Shown here: piece after piece, positions 20,890-30,800 of the stretch
Layout: the number at the start of each line of letters is the position of its first letter
Position numbering within the stretch: position 1 is the stretch's first letter
From: Pelagomonas calceolata
Taxonomy: Eukaryota
DNA length: 64,000 nucleotides
Assembly (NCBI GenBank): GCA_918797485.1
Contig: CAKKNE010000001.1
Span: forward strand, 5,890,001 to 5,954,000
Direction of reading: 5' to 3'
Notes under the pieces: generated by a model
Database searches by the model: none
What the model was told of the DNA's origin: nothing
Seen by the model: the letters and a program-made list of their open reading frames with translations, nothing else
Made by a program: the position numbers and the translations under genes

Positions 20890-23800
20890 ATGGTCGACGC
20901 GGTGCCGACCACCCGCGAAGCGCTGTTGGACCGCATCGAGCGCAGGGCGCCGCAGCAGCGATGGATCGTTGCCGATCGCAACGAGCTCGGGCCATATTTC
21001 TCGTTGTGCCACTTGATTGACGTCCCGCTCGAGACCGTCCGCGCCCTGCTTGGACCGGACGACTGGTTCCGAGCGGAGACGACGTCGCAGCCGAACCAGT
21101 GGATGTTTCGTGTAGCCAGAGCCGATGGTCTGCGGCTCGCCTGTCTCGGAAACTTTCAGCACGTTGTCTGGATCTACATCGACCACAGCGGCGCTGCTCC
21201 CTTGACGCAACCGGGTCACATGATCGACAAATCCAACCCGCTGCGCAGCGGCTGGGCTGCCCTACAAGCCGACGAGCGCGACGCGCTGCGGGCGCGCATC
21301 GTCGACGAGCCTGTTAGATATGGTGTGGATCCGCCGCGCAGGGGCTGGCCCGCGCGCGCCGCGCCGCCGCCGCCGCAGCCGCAGTCGAGGCGGCAGTCGA
21401 CGCGTCGCAGCGTGGGCGCGCCGCGGCGCTCGTCGACGTTTGATGCAAGTGCGCCGCCGCCGCTGCCGTCAGTACGGAAACGGGCAGTACCTCCAGATAA
21501 ATTACCTAAACGGAAGCAGCCCCGGTCCCGCGACGCCGTCGACGTCGCGCCTGCGCCGACGCCATCACCAGCACCAGCACCGACGCCAGCGCCCAACGAC
21601 GAAGGCGCGCGCGGCGCGAAGCGGGTTCTATCGCCGCCGCGGAATACTTCGACGGGGCTCCTGAATACTTCGACGCAGACCACGGCTTCTGGGTGCCTGT
21701 TCGCTGAGAACGCTCGACTTCGAGAGGAGAACCGACGTATATTTGAGTTGTCTTCCCAAGCGGCGGAACGGTCGGCTATGCTCGAAGCGCGAGCTTCCCG
21801 CGACGACGCGCTCGTCGCCGATTTAACAGCGCGCCTCGCGTCGACGGCGCTCGAAGACGACGCAGCGGCGGCCGCGCTACCGTCCGGCCTCCTAGATGCC
21901 TCAAGGGAGCTCGGGCGCCGCATCGCAGCGGCCAACGGACGCGACGCGCGCCGCGAGGCCTTCGCCGCGCTGTACGTGGCGGTCACGGAGAAGAACCGCA
22001 AAAACGGTATGTTGCTGCGCGAGGTCGGGAACGCCAATCTCGGTGCCAGGCCCGAGGATTTGACCGAGCTCAAGCGCTTCGTGACGTCGATTTCAAAGCG
22101 TGAGATGGGCGCCTTGAAAGGCGCCATGGGACGGCGCTACAAGGTGCTCAAAGCACGGAACCGTCGCGTCGGCGTCGGTGCGTACGTCGAAGAGCGCGGG
22201 GAGCTCGTGTCTCTAGATTGGAAGGCAGACCTGGCGATGAAAAAGAGGTACGCACCGCAATTCTATACCATCCTCGAGGCCGCGACACAAGCCCCGTCGT
22301 GGGTCGCCGAGCAGCGCTCGGCGGAGGCGAAGCTCGCGAAGGGCAAGGCCCACAAGGATTGGCATCGCAGGACGTTGCTGAGCGGTCGCGCGCTCAAGGC
22401 CTTCGTCTCGAGGCGTAGGGAGAAGAAGGAGGACGGTCTGGCCTACCTTTTCGACTTCATCGTCAACATGCACACCAACGGCGCTCACGAGATCCTGACG
22501 CCGCTGCACCTCTACTTGGCGCTGGAGCGCACGAGCCACGGCCAGAGCCACGAGTCGCAGGGCCACGACTCGCACTTTAGTGTTGCTGCGTCCTACCGTA
22601 CGACGTACCGGTTGCGGCGGCTCATGTCCGACGCGTACGTGGCGACGTTCCCGGACCGCTTGAATGAAATGCTCGACGCGTCGCCGGCGATCTCGGAACG
22701 CCTCGGGGCGGCGAGGACGCTCCAGCGGTGGAGACACCGTCGCGCCCTCGCGGCGTCTTCCAAGTCGATTGTACGCCAAGTCGCGGCGGCGGTCAAGCTG
22801 CAGTCGTTGGTGCGGAAGCGCCAGAGCGACGCGTCGACCCGCGCGCGCGTGCTCTACGCGTCGCTGCCGGCGGACTTGGCACGACGCGTCGCCGGGCGGA
22901 GAATAGCGCGCGTCATCATCACGAAGCACGACAATTACGCCACGAACACGTCGAAGACGGCGCGCTACATCAAAAGCAAAGGAAATTTGAGGGCAGTCAG
23001 CACGGCGACTGGAACTATTTGCCCGCCGTACGAGAACGACCTCGCGCCGCCGTCCGAGCGCGAAGTCCCCATCAACACGCCGTACGACGGCGCGAGTGTG
23101 CGGCGTTTCTGGAGGGAGCACGGGTCGAAGTGCGTCATGCAAAAAGCACATGGCTCCGAGTTTCCGTGCGTGCTCGACGTCAGCAAGATAGGGCTCGTGA
23201 CGCGCGCCGACGTCGGCCCGCCGAACCGCGCGGAGCACAGACTCCACGACAACAAAATATTACCGCAGATAGAGATGGTGTCGTCGAGCCTCAAGGACCA
23301 CGTCCTCAAATTCTTATTGCGCTACAAGGAGTGGACGTCGGGCCGCATTTTTGAGTCGATTTGGGTCTGGGCCGTCGACACGGAATTTGTTTTGCACAAC
23401 GCGCGCACGCTCGAGATGCAGAAGCCGCCACTCCCGTTCAAGGCCCCCTCGCAAAAGCGGACGCCGGCGATCAAGAGCCAGAAACTCACCGCCGAGAAGA
23501 GGTGCCCGAAGATCAACGTCGACCTCGTGGGCCGCGTCGTCGAGCGGGTCTACCGGACGCAAATATTTCAAGACGACGGCTCCAAAGTGAACAAGGACGT
23601 GGCGTACCGTGGCGTCGTCTTGCGCGTCTACGGCGCTGACGAGGACGACGCGGCGGCGGCGGAGCTCTACGAGCAAAAGAAAACCTGGTATAAGATTGCG
23701 CAGAAGCTGCGCGAGAGGGTTGCCGTGCCGGTTGAGGCCGAATGCTTGTCGACCGTGCGCGACACCCGGGAGGCCGCGAAGCCGAGCTCGCGCTGGATCA

Positions 23801-23919
23801 AGATGGACTGGGGCCCGGGCAACGTGCAGGCCGGCGACGACCTCTTCCTGATGCAGCGAGCGGCGTACGACGTGAGGGACACGGCGACGGGTGTGTGGCG
23901 CGTGTTCAAAGAGCGGTAG
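20890..23919 (+). CDS. Large protein with the putative N-terminal half of an Academ/DUF6589-like DDE transposase, IQ-like motifs and a C-terminal Tudor/SH3-like domain
   Basis: About 1009 aa from ATG 20890. Ordered motifs: FSVAASYRTT, IITKHDNY (D at 22930), SSSLKDHVLKFL, IWVWAVDTEF (D at 23377). The CDS is well supported; the family call is by eye. Confidence 0.55.
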   Translation: MVDAVPTTREALLDRIERRAPQQRWIVADRNELGPYFSLCHLIDVPLETVRALLGPDDWFRAETTSQPNQWMFRVARADGLRLACLGNFQHVVWIYIDHSGAAPLTQPGHMIDKSNPLRSGWAALQADERDALRARIVDEPVRYGVDPPRRGWPARAAPPPPQPQSRRQSTRRSVGAPRRSSTFDASAPPPLPSVRKRAVPPDKLPKRKQPRSRDAVDVAPAPTPSPAPAPTPAPNDEGARGAKRVLSPPRNTSTGLLNTSTQTTASGCLFAENARLREENRRIFELSSQAAERSAMLEARASRDDALVADLTARLASTALEDDAAAAALPSGLLDASRELGRRIAAANGRDARREAFAALYVAVTEKNRKNGMLLREVGNANLGARPEDLTELKRFVTSISKREMGALKGAMGRRYKVLKARNRRVGVGAYVEERGELVSLDWKADLAMKKRYAPQFYTILEAATQAPSWVAEQRSAEAKLAKGKAHKDWHRRTLLSGRALKAFVSRRREKKEDGLAYLFDFIVNMHTNGAHEILTPLHLYLALERTSHGQSHESQGHDSHFSVAASYRTTYRLRRLMSDAYVATFPDRLNEMLDASPAISERLGAARTLQRWRHRRALAASSKSIVRQVAAAVKLQSLVRKRQSDASTRARVLYASLPADLARRVAGRRIARVIITKHDNYATNTSKTARYIKSKGNLRAVSTATGTICPPYENDLAPPSEREVPINTPYDGASVRRFWREHGSKCVMQKAHGSEFPCVLDVSKIGLVTRADVGPPNRAEHRLHDNKILPQIEMVSSSLKDHVLKFLLRYKEWTSGRIFESIWVWAVDTEFVLHNARTLEMQKPPLPFKAPSQKRTPAIKSQKLTAEKRCPKINVDLVGRVVERVYRTQIFQDDGSKVNKDVAYRGVVLRVYGADEDDAAAAELYEQKKTWYKIAQKLRERVAVPVEAECLSTVRDTREAAKPSSRWIKMDWGPGNVQAGDDLFLMQRAAYDVRDTATGVWRVFKER

Positions 23920-24011
23920 GAGCGCTGTAGTTAAGAAAATGTATGTCTTACTTAGATGTCATACTCGATCCGAACGACAGCGCCGGCGCAGGCCCTGGAA
24001 CCGCCTCATAC

Positions 24012-25639
24012 TCATCCGGGCGCCGGCGCCGGCCCAGGCCCTGGAGCGGCCTCGCGCCGCCGTTTCGTCTTAAGCCACGACTCGAGCTGGCCCTCCCAAA
24101 TCGGCATGTTGTCCAACGCGCGTTTGAAGCGGTCGTCGCGCTCCCAGGCCGCATCGAGCTGCGCGTCCCCGGCAGCAGCGCGTAGCGCCGTATCCAAGAT
24201 CCAATTGTCGAGAACCGCGTTCGACTCCTTCCACGACGGCGTCGAGTATAAATCGCGCAGGCGCACGTGCTCGGACGCCTGGGGCTTCCTATTGAACGCT
24301 CGCGCGTCCAGCTCCGCCGTGAGCTGGTGGAGGCCCCCGAGCAGGCCCGAGACGTGGATGTACGTATCGATGTCGGCGACCTGGCGCGCGTGGCAGAAGC
24401 GCCCGAGTAGTGCATTCGTGAGCTCGACGTCCTCCTCGTCGAGGCGCTTGCAGTTTCTAGAGATAAACTTGAGGACGTCGGGGTGCTTGTCCTTGTAGTG
24501 GAGTAGCCGCTCCATATTCAGAAGCATGTATTTTCGGATCAAGGGCTTCGGCGCGGCGCAGACCTGGAGGGTAATGGACGGGAGAGCCTCCAAAAAGCGC
24601 AGCAGATCGCCCTCGACCCAGCTCTGGTAGGGCACCGTCGCGAGCCGCACTTCCACCTCGAAGAAACGCCAGAAGTTCGCAAAAAACGACGAGCGGTCGC
24701 ACGCGGCGGCCACGGCGACTTCGCCGGACCAGGCCACGCCAACGACGGAGCGCCGCGCGCACGACGCGTAGAACGCAGCTTGCAGGTCTGCGTCGTCCTC
24801 GAGCTGCTCAACAATTAAGGACCGTACCGACGCCCCTCCCTTCCATCCGAGCGTCTTGCCGTCCCACCGCAGCATCAGGTGCAGCAAGAGCTGCTTGAGG
24901 CGGTGCAAGTTCATCTTGACGGACTGGTCGCCGCCCTCCTCGACCTTCTCTTCCTCCTGGACCATCACCCAGAGGCGCTCGACGAGGTCCGCCTTCGTGC
25001 CCTGGGTTGCCTTGCCGCGCAGCTCGAGCTGGGCGCGCAGCTCGTCCGGCTCGAGGTCGTCGAGCTCGCGCTTGTAGTAGAAGTGCTGGCGCTGGACCTC
25101 CTCGCCCAGGTTCTCGATTGCGCGCTCGGCGTGGCCGCCCTCGTCGTCCTCGTCGCTCTCGTCGGCCGCGCCGCCCAGGTTGAGCACGTCGAGGGCCGCG
25201 TCGTTGCCTGTGAGAGGTCGAAAGGTCATACAAGGCGACCGCAAAATAACGTACATTCGCGACGCGCCTCGAGCTCGACCTCGTCGTCGCCCAGCTCGTC
25301 GTCCTCGGCCGCAGCGTCGGCGCCCACCTGTGGCGTCGCCGCCAGGGCGGCTTGAGCGGCCGAGGCAGCCCTTGCGGCGCGCGTCGCGTCGAGGGCGGCG
25401 CGTACTTTTTTATCCACGGCTCGCCAACTCTTCCTTGCGTGGGGCAGCACCGTCGTCAGGAGCGGCGCAAAGATGTTCACGATGAAGCCCTTCTCCTGCA
25501 GGATGCTTTCGGCGGCGTGCTTCTGGATGTGGAGCTTGGCCCATGCGATGGTGATGGACGATAGGTTTAAGGGCAGCAGCGCGGACTCCCAGGACCCCTG
25601 GCCGTCCGCCGCGGGCGTCCCCGCCCCCGGATCGGCCAT
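24012..25639 (-). CDS. SAP-domain protein with the putative C-terminal half of an Academ/DUF6589-like transposase (2 exons, 526 aa)
   Basis: A GT-AG intron at 25208-25254 joins two ORFs in frame. ITIAWAKLH; canonical SAP LDDLEPDELRAQLELRGKATQGTKADLVERL; YQSWVEGDLLRFLEALP...HPDV...LDEEDVELTN. Confidence 0.6.
25208..25254 (-). other. 47-nt GT-AG intron
   Basis: Reads gtacgt...ctctcacag. Splicing gives RRE-C-NDAALD in frame. Confidence 0.85.
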
Positions 25640-25796
25640 CGGGGCTGCGCAAATGCGATTTTGCGCCAAGATTTTAGCTAAATTTAGCAAATGCGTTCCC
25701 TCCGGGTTCTAGTAAGAGAAGCCTGCACACCGCGAAACCGCTCGCGAGCGCTGTGCACGATACATGACGCACGCGGCGCGCGGTACGGACGATACT

Positions 25797-27566
25797 ATGA
25801 ACCTGGACGAGACGGTGACCACACCGCCCGAGAGCGAGTCGCGAGCCGATGCTCCCGGTCCGACGTGGCCCCCGCGGCCGCGGGCGTCGGGCGGCCAGCG
25901 CTGGACCGACAGCGACAGCATCAAGCTCAAGGTCGCCTACGACAAGAGTCCGAGCAACTGGACGCTCATCGCCGCGCAGTTCGACAACCGCACGCCGGGC
26001 GCGTGCCGCGACCGCTACCGCACGATGTACGACGAAGCCGACTCGGAGTCCAAGTCCGACGAGAAGCGCGGGCCCGCGGCGGCGCCCGCCGGCGATCAGC
26101 CGCCGAAGAAGAAACGGCCGCCCAGGTGGACGCCGGGCGAGGACGCGGAGCTGCGGCGCCTCCACGCGGAGCACAGTAAGACCCCGTCCAAGTGGGACGT
26201 GATCGCGGCGGCGATCGGCACGCGACGAACAGCGTCAGCGGCCGAGCACCGGTGGGCGATTATCAAGAACAAGAACGCCACGGCGCCGGCGGTCACGCGC
26301 GCGCTCGCGGCGTCGGACGACGACGTGGCCTCCTCGGACTCGCCGACGCCGACGCCGCCGTCGGCCAACGAGGCGCCGCGGCTCGCGGCGCAAACATCAG
26401 TGGACTTGCGCGAGGCGCGGCCACCAGTGGACCCTTCGATAAGGGCTACGGTCGAGCGCATGGTCGCACAGACTGCAAAACCGGACGAGACGCCGTCCGC
26501 CGCCGCGACCGCGTGGATTTCACGGTCCGAAGGCGACGCTGCCGACGCGGCGTCGGAGACGATCGGACGCCTGGGAATCGACCTCGTGTCGACCATGGCG
26601 CGGCCTCCGCTGCCGCCGAGACGCCCGCACGAGCCTCCGCGAAAAACCTCAAAGCCCGGCCCCTGGTTCCAGTTCTGGCTCGAGAACGACGCGGCGGCGT
26701 CGGAGGAGTTTTGGAAGACCCTGGGCGAAACCGAAAAGCGGCCGATCCGCGTGCTCTGGACGCGCAAGTACGAGGAGAGCTTACGGGCTTCGGGCCAGAG
26801 CCCCCGACTCGAAGCGCCGCCGGCGGTACCGCTCGCGACGCAGCAGCGGACCAAGGGCGCCACGACGCCTGACACTGTATCTGAGTCGGTGCCCGCGCGG
26901 GACGAGACGAGCTCGAAGGTGCGCTCTTGCCCGGACTCCGCCGACGAGTCCGAGAAGGAAGCTACCCCACGTGTGTGGGCTCTGTTCGAGGCGGATCCAG
27001 GTATCCAACGGTGGTGGGGCGGGACAGTCGTCGGCGCGAGCGGCTCCGGAGCTTCGCGTGTTCTTGATATTGTGTTTGATGACGGCGAGCGGCTAGGCAT
27101 ACTCGAGCAGCGTGTGAAGACGGAGCAGCCCATGCCGCTGCCCATCAATACCCCAACAGCGGCAGCCAAGAAACTTCTCCGAAAGCTCTCGGGCCGGCGG
27201 CCGAGGAAGCGGGCGCGGCGCTCTACGCCTGTCGCCACCCACGGCCGCTCGACGCGGACGAGACGCGGGCCAGCAAAATCCTACGCCCAATCCGATAGCG
27301 ATAGTGATGACGCTGCCGAACGGCCGCGTCCGCCGCCGCGTTCGCCGGGGCCGCTCCCCAAAGACTCGACGTGCTGCATTTGCCTCGACCCGGTTCTGCG
27401 CCGGCGCGACGCGATCATCTTCGAGTGCGAGCATTTCGTTTGCAAGAGCTGCTCGTCTGATTTGGCCCGGCACACGGCCGAAGCCGGCGCCGTCTCGACG
27501 CGGCGCGGCGTCTCGGTGGCGTGTCCACTTTGTCGGCGGCGGGCGAAGCTCGAGATCTCTAACTAA
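25797..27566 (+). CDS. Myb/SANT x2 + HMG-like + Tudor-like + RING protein
   Basis: Myb: WTDSDSIKL...WTLIA...CRDRY and WTPGEDAEL...WDVIA...AEHRW. HMG-like: PWFQFW...FWKTLGETEK. Tudor-like: VWALF..WWGGTV..IVFDDGE. RING: CCIC...CEHFVCKSC...CPLCR. Confidence 0.85.
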   Translation: MNLDETVTTPPESESRADAPGPTWPPRPRASGGQRWTDSDSIKLKVAYDKSPSNWTLIAAQFDNRTPGACRDRYRTMYDEADSESKSDEKRGPAAAPAGDQPPKKKRPPRWTPGEDAELRRLHAEHSKTPSKWDVIAAAIGTRRTASAAEHRWAIIKNKNATAPAVTRALAASDDDVASSDSPTPTPPSANEAPRLAAQTSVDLREARPPVDPSIRATVERMVAQTAKPDETPSAAATAWISRSEGDAADAASETIGRLGIDLVSTMARPPLPPRRPHEPPRKTSKPGPWFQFWLENDAAASEEFWKTLGETEKRPIRVLWTRKYEESLRASGQSPRLEAPPAVPLATQQRTKGATTPDTVSESVPARDETSSKVRSCPDSADESEKEATPRVWALFEADPGIQRWWGGTVVGASGSGASRVLDIVFDDGERLGILEQRVKTEQPMPLPINTPTAAAKKLLRKLSGRRPRKRARRSTPVATHGRSTRTRRGPAKSYAQSDSDSDDAAERPRPPPRSPGPLPKDSTCCICLDPVLRRRDAIIFECEHFVCKSCSSDLARHTAEAGAVSTRRGVSVACPLCRRRAKLEISN

Positions 27567-27810
27567 CTTTGGTTGTTTGAATAGATCTCGCTGGTCTAGT
27601 GACTATATTGATCTAGGCCGCGAGGCGCCTGAGTCTTTACAAAGCTCGCTCTGCGGTGCTACAAACGCTGCAGACGTGCCAGCATTCGTGGCCACAGCTA
27701 CGATCAAGATCTCTGGCGGGCGGCCTTGCTCGGTGCCGTACGAGCACATATCAGTGAAGTTCGGCTGGTGCCTCCTGTGGTGGGCATCGACGTTCGGGCG
27801 ACGCGCGCTG

Positions 27811-30800
27811 ATGGACGACCTAGACGCGTGGCTGGGGACGAGCCTGGGACCTGAAAACCTTCGGGCCGAGGTAAGACAGGCCTGCGGAGGGTCCTTGGAA
27901 GATCTGCAATCGTGCGAGCTCGAGGATCTCGAGAGCGAACTGTCGCTGAGTACGTGGCCGCCGCTAGAACGACAACGCTTTTTGAGGGCGTGGCGCGAAC
28001 TGAGAGGGGAGAACGACGTCGACGACGCCGACGACGCCGCGCTTGACGACGCCGCGGCCGACACGGACGAGGACGAGCCGGCGGAAGCGCCGCAGCCGCC
28101 GAGCCCGGCGCCGGCGCCGGCGCCGGAACCAGTGAGCCCGCCGCCGCCGGCCTTACCCGCACCTGCTGAGGGACCGCGCTACCAGGTCGGCGATCAAGTA
28201 GAGGCGAGGTGGAAGGGCGGCGAGCGGTATTACCCTGCGCTGGTCCTGGTCGCCCGCGTGGACGGCAGCGTCGACCTCCGCTACACGGACGACGACACGG
28301 AGAGCCGCGTGCACCCCTCGCTGCTGCGACCGCTATCGCGCCGGCGGGGCCGGGCGCGGCGAGCGCCGCCGCCGCCCGCGCCGGTTGCGGAGTCCTCCGA
28401 CGCGGAGTCGGAGCCTGCGCCGGCCGAGCCCGAGCCCCTTGCTTCGCCGATGGCGGAGGAGCCGTCCGACGCCGAGTCGGAACCCGCGGAGCCCGCCCCT
28501 TCGCCGATGGCCGAGGAAGAGCCCGTCGCGCCGGAGTCGGAGCCTGCAGCGCCGCCCGCGCCCATGCCGGAACCGATGGCCCCGGAGTCTGACGAGCCCA
28601 CGGCGCCCGCGCGACCGCCCACGCCAGAACTAGACGTCAAAGCGGGAAAGGAGCGCTCCCGGCGGGAGCAGAGCGAGATGGACCGGGCGCTCGAGGCCGG
28701 GCGCGCCGCGGCGCTTGCGGCCGCGGCGGCGGTTGACGCAGCCGAGGGGTCCGCGGTCGAGGCGACGTCGAACGCGTCGGAGGCCGTTGCGGCGGACCGC
28801 GCGGCGGCCGGCGACCGGGCCGTCGCCGCGGCCGCCGGCGCGCGTGCCCACGCGGCGGGGTCGTGTCGCACGGCCACCGCGACGGTCGTCGACGCGCTGG
28901 ACAAGGCCGATGCTCTGCCGGCGCCGGTCGCGACGACCGAGCCCGAGGCGACGGAGCCGCCACCAATCTCCACGCCGGCGGTAGAGCTGGCGCCGCCCGC
29001 CGCCGCGCGGACGCCGTCGCCCGCGCCCGTGGCGCCCGACGAGCCGGCGCCGATGGACACAACGCCGTCGCCGGCCCATGACGCGCCGGCCGCGGCCGCG
29101 AGCGCGATGGACGTCGACGCGACGGAGACCGCGAGCGTCCTGGACCGCCTCAGAGCGGACATGGTGCGCACCGTCGACATTGCGAGTCGACACAATCGCC
29201 CGCCCAACGTAGACTGGCGGATTGGGCACACCTACAGCTTCCTAGGGGCAATGCATGCCCTGGGCGCCGACACCAGGGCGACGCTCGCTGAAGCTCTTAT
29301 CAGGGGCCGTCGCGGCGAGATTGAGCCCAGCACCGCGCGGCGGGCCGTGGCTCGGATCCTCGACGGGAATCTCAGGACGCTCGAGCGCTTCCAGCACACG
29401 CTCAGGCAAATTAGCGCGCCGATCGCGTCCGCGGCGACAGTGTCGTGGTACGATCCAGCCTCCGGCGTCGATCTGTACGCGTATGCTACTTGTGGTGCTG
29501 CAGCGAAAGAATGGGGCGTGCGCGACGTGGACATCCGCGGATGCGTCGAGGGCAACGTGGACACAGTCAACGGACTGCATTTTCGACGGCAGGCGCGCTG
29601 GCCTGTCCCTCCGGGCGCCGAACGCGTGAGCGAGGGCGTCTATCGCGTCGGAGACGATCGGTACCGCGTGCAGCTCGGCCACGACTGGGGCTTCCTCGGA
29701 AACTTTGATAGTGCTGGAGCAGCAGCGCTGGTGCATGCAGGAGGGTGGGAGCGGCTGCGACACGCGCGGCGCAGCCTCGAGGCGCACACTCTTCGGCAGC
29801 TGACCGAGGGCGCTACGGTTGACCTCAGCGGGTGCTACGTCTTGCTGCGGCGAATCGCCTCAGGCACGAGTTTCCCGACGGCCTTCGCGGTGCGCAAACA
29901 CCGGGTCCCGTTTGCGCCGTTCGACGGGCCCCACGACGCCTACTTCGTCTCTCGGCGTAGGGGGCGGGAGATTCCCTACGGCACGGAACTGTTGAACGCC
30001 CACGTGCAGCGACTTGAACGGGAGCTCACGTGGTGGGATCCGCGGGACCGGTCTCGGGGCCTCTGCGCGCAACGGCTCGTCGCGCGCGACGGCAACCAAC
30101 AATACCACGGATACCAGTACCAGCTTGTACGGCGGGATGGCGACGCCGCCGCTGTCGATGGCGCCGACGCCTCGCTCGTGCAGCTCTGGCGGCGTACGGC
30201 TGTCCCGGCGCCCGTGGCGCCCGCGGTACCGCCCCCACCCGCCGATTGGGCCCAGTGTGCTGCGTGCGACAAGTGGCGAGTCCTACCGGCCAACGTTTCA
30301 GCCGCCACATTATCGGACGACTGGAAGTGTGGCGACATCGGCCTTTCGTGCTCCACGGTGTGAAAATCACGAACTGACGTCGCGTCGATGGCGTGGAGCG
30401 AGACGATGATTCCGCGCAGGTGTTCGAAGGTCGCGTGCTCGCTCGAGGACGCCGACTGTGCGTGTCACCGACGCGGGTGGGACGGCGAAGTGGTGCTGCT
30501 CACTTCTGCGGGCGCCATCACCGCGACGTACTGCTCGCCCGCGGGCGCGGCGGCCGCGCACGGTATGACGTGGCAGGACGCGCAGCGGCGATGTTCGTCC
30601 AAAGCCTTGACGAAAGCGAAGATCGAGTCTAGTACTCCGCCCATCCTGCGCTACGCGACGGCGTGGGATGGCGAAATCAAACGGCGCGAGGCAGCTAAGG
30701 CCGCGACCGAGAAGCGCAAGGTTGCCCAGCAGGCCGCTGCCGCCCGGCAAAAAGACGCGGCGGCAGCGGCTGCCGCCGCGGCGGCCGCGATGGCCGCGCT

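Noticed and set aside
27304..27810. N-terminal extension of the 1019-aa ORF
   Set aside because: It overlaps the upstream RING gene in another frame and crosses intergenic-like DNA. ATG 27811 begins a SAM-like domain.
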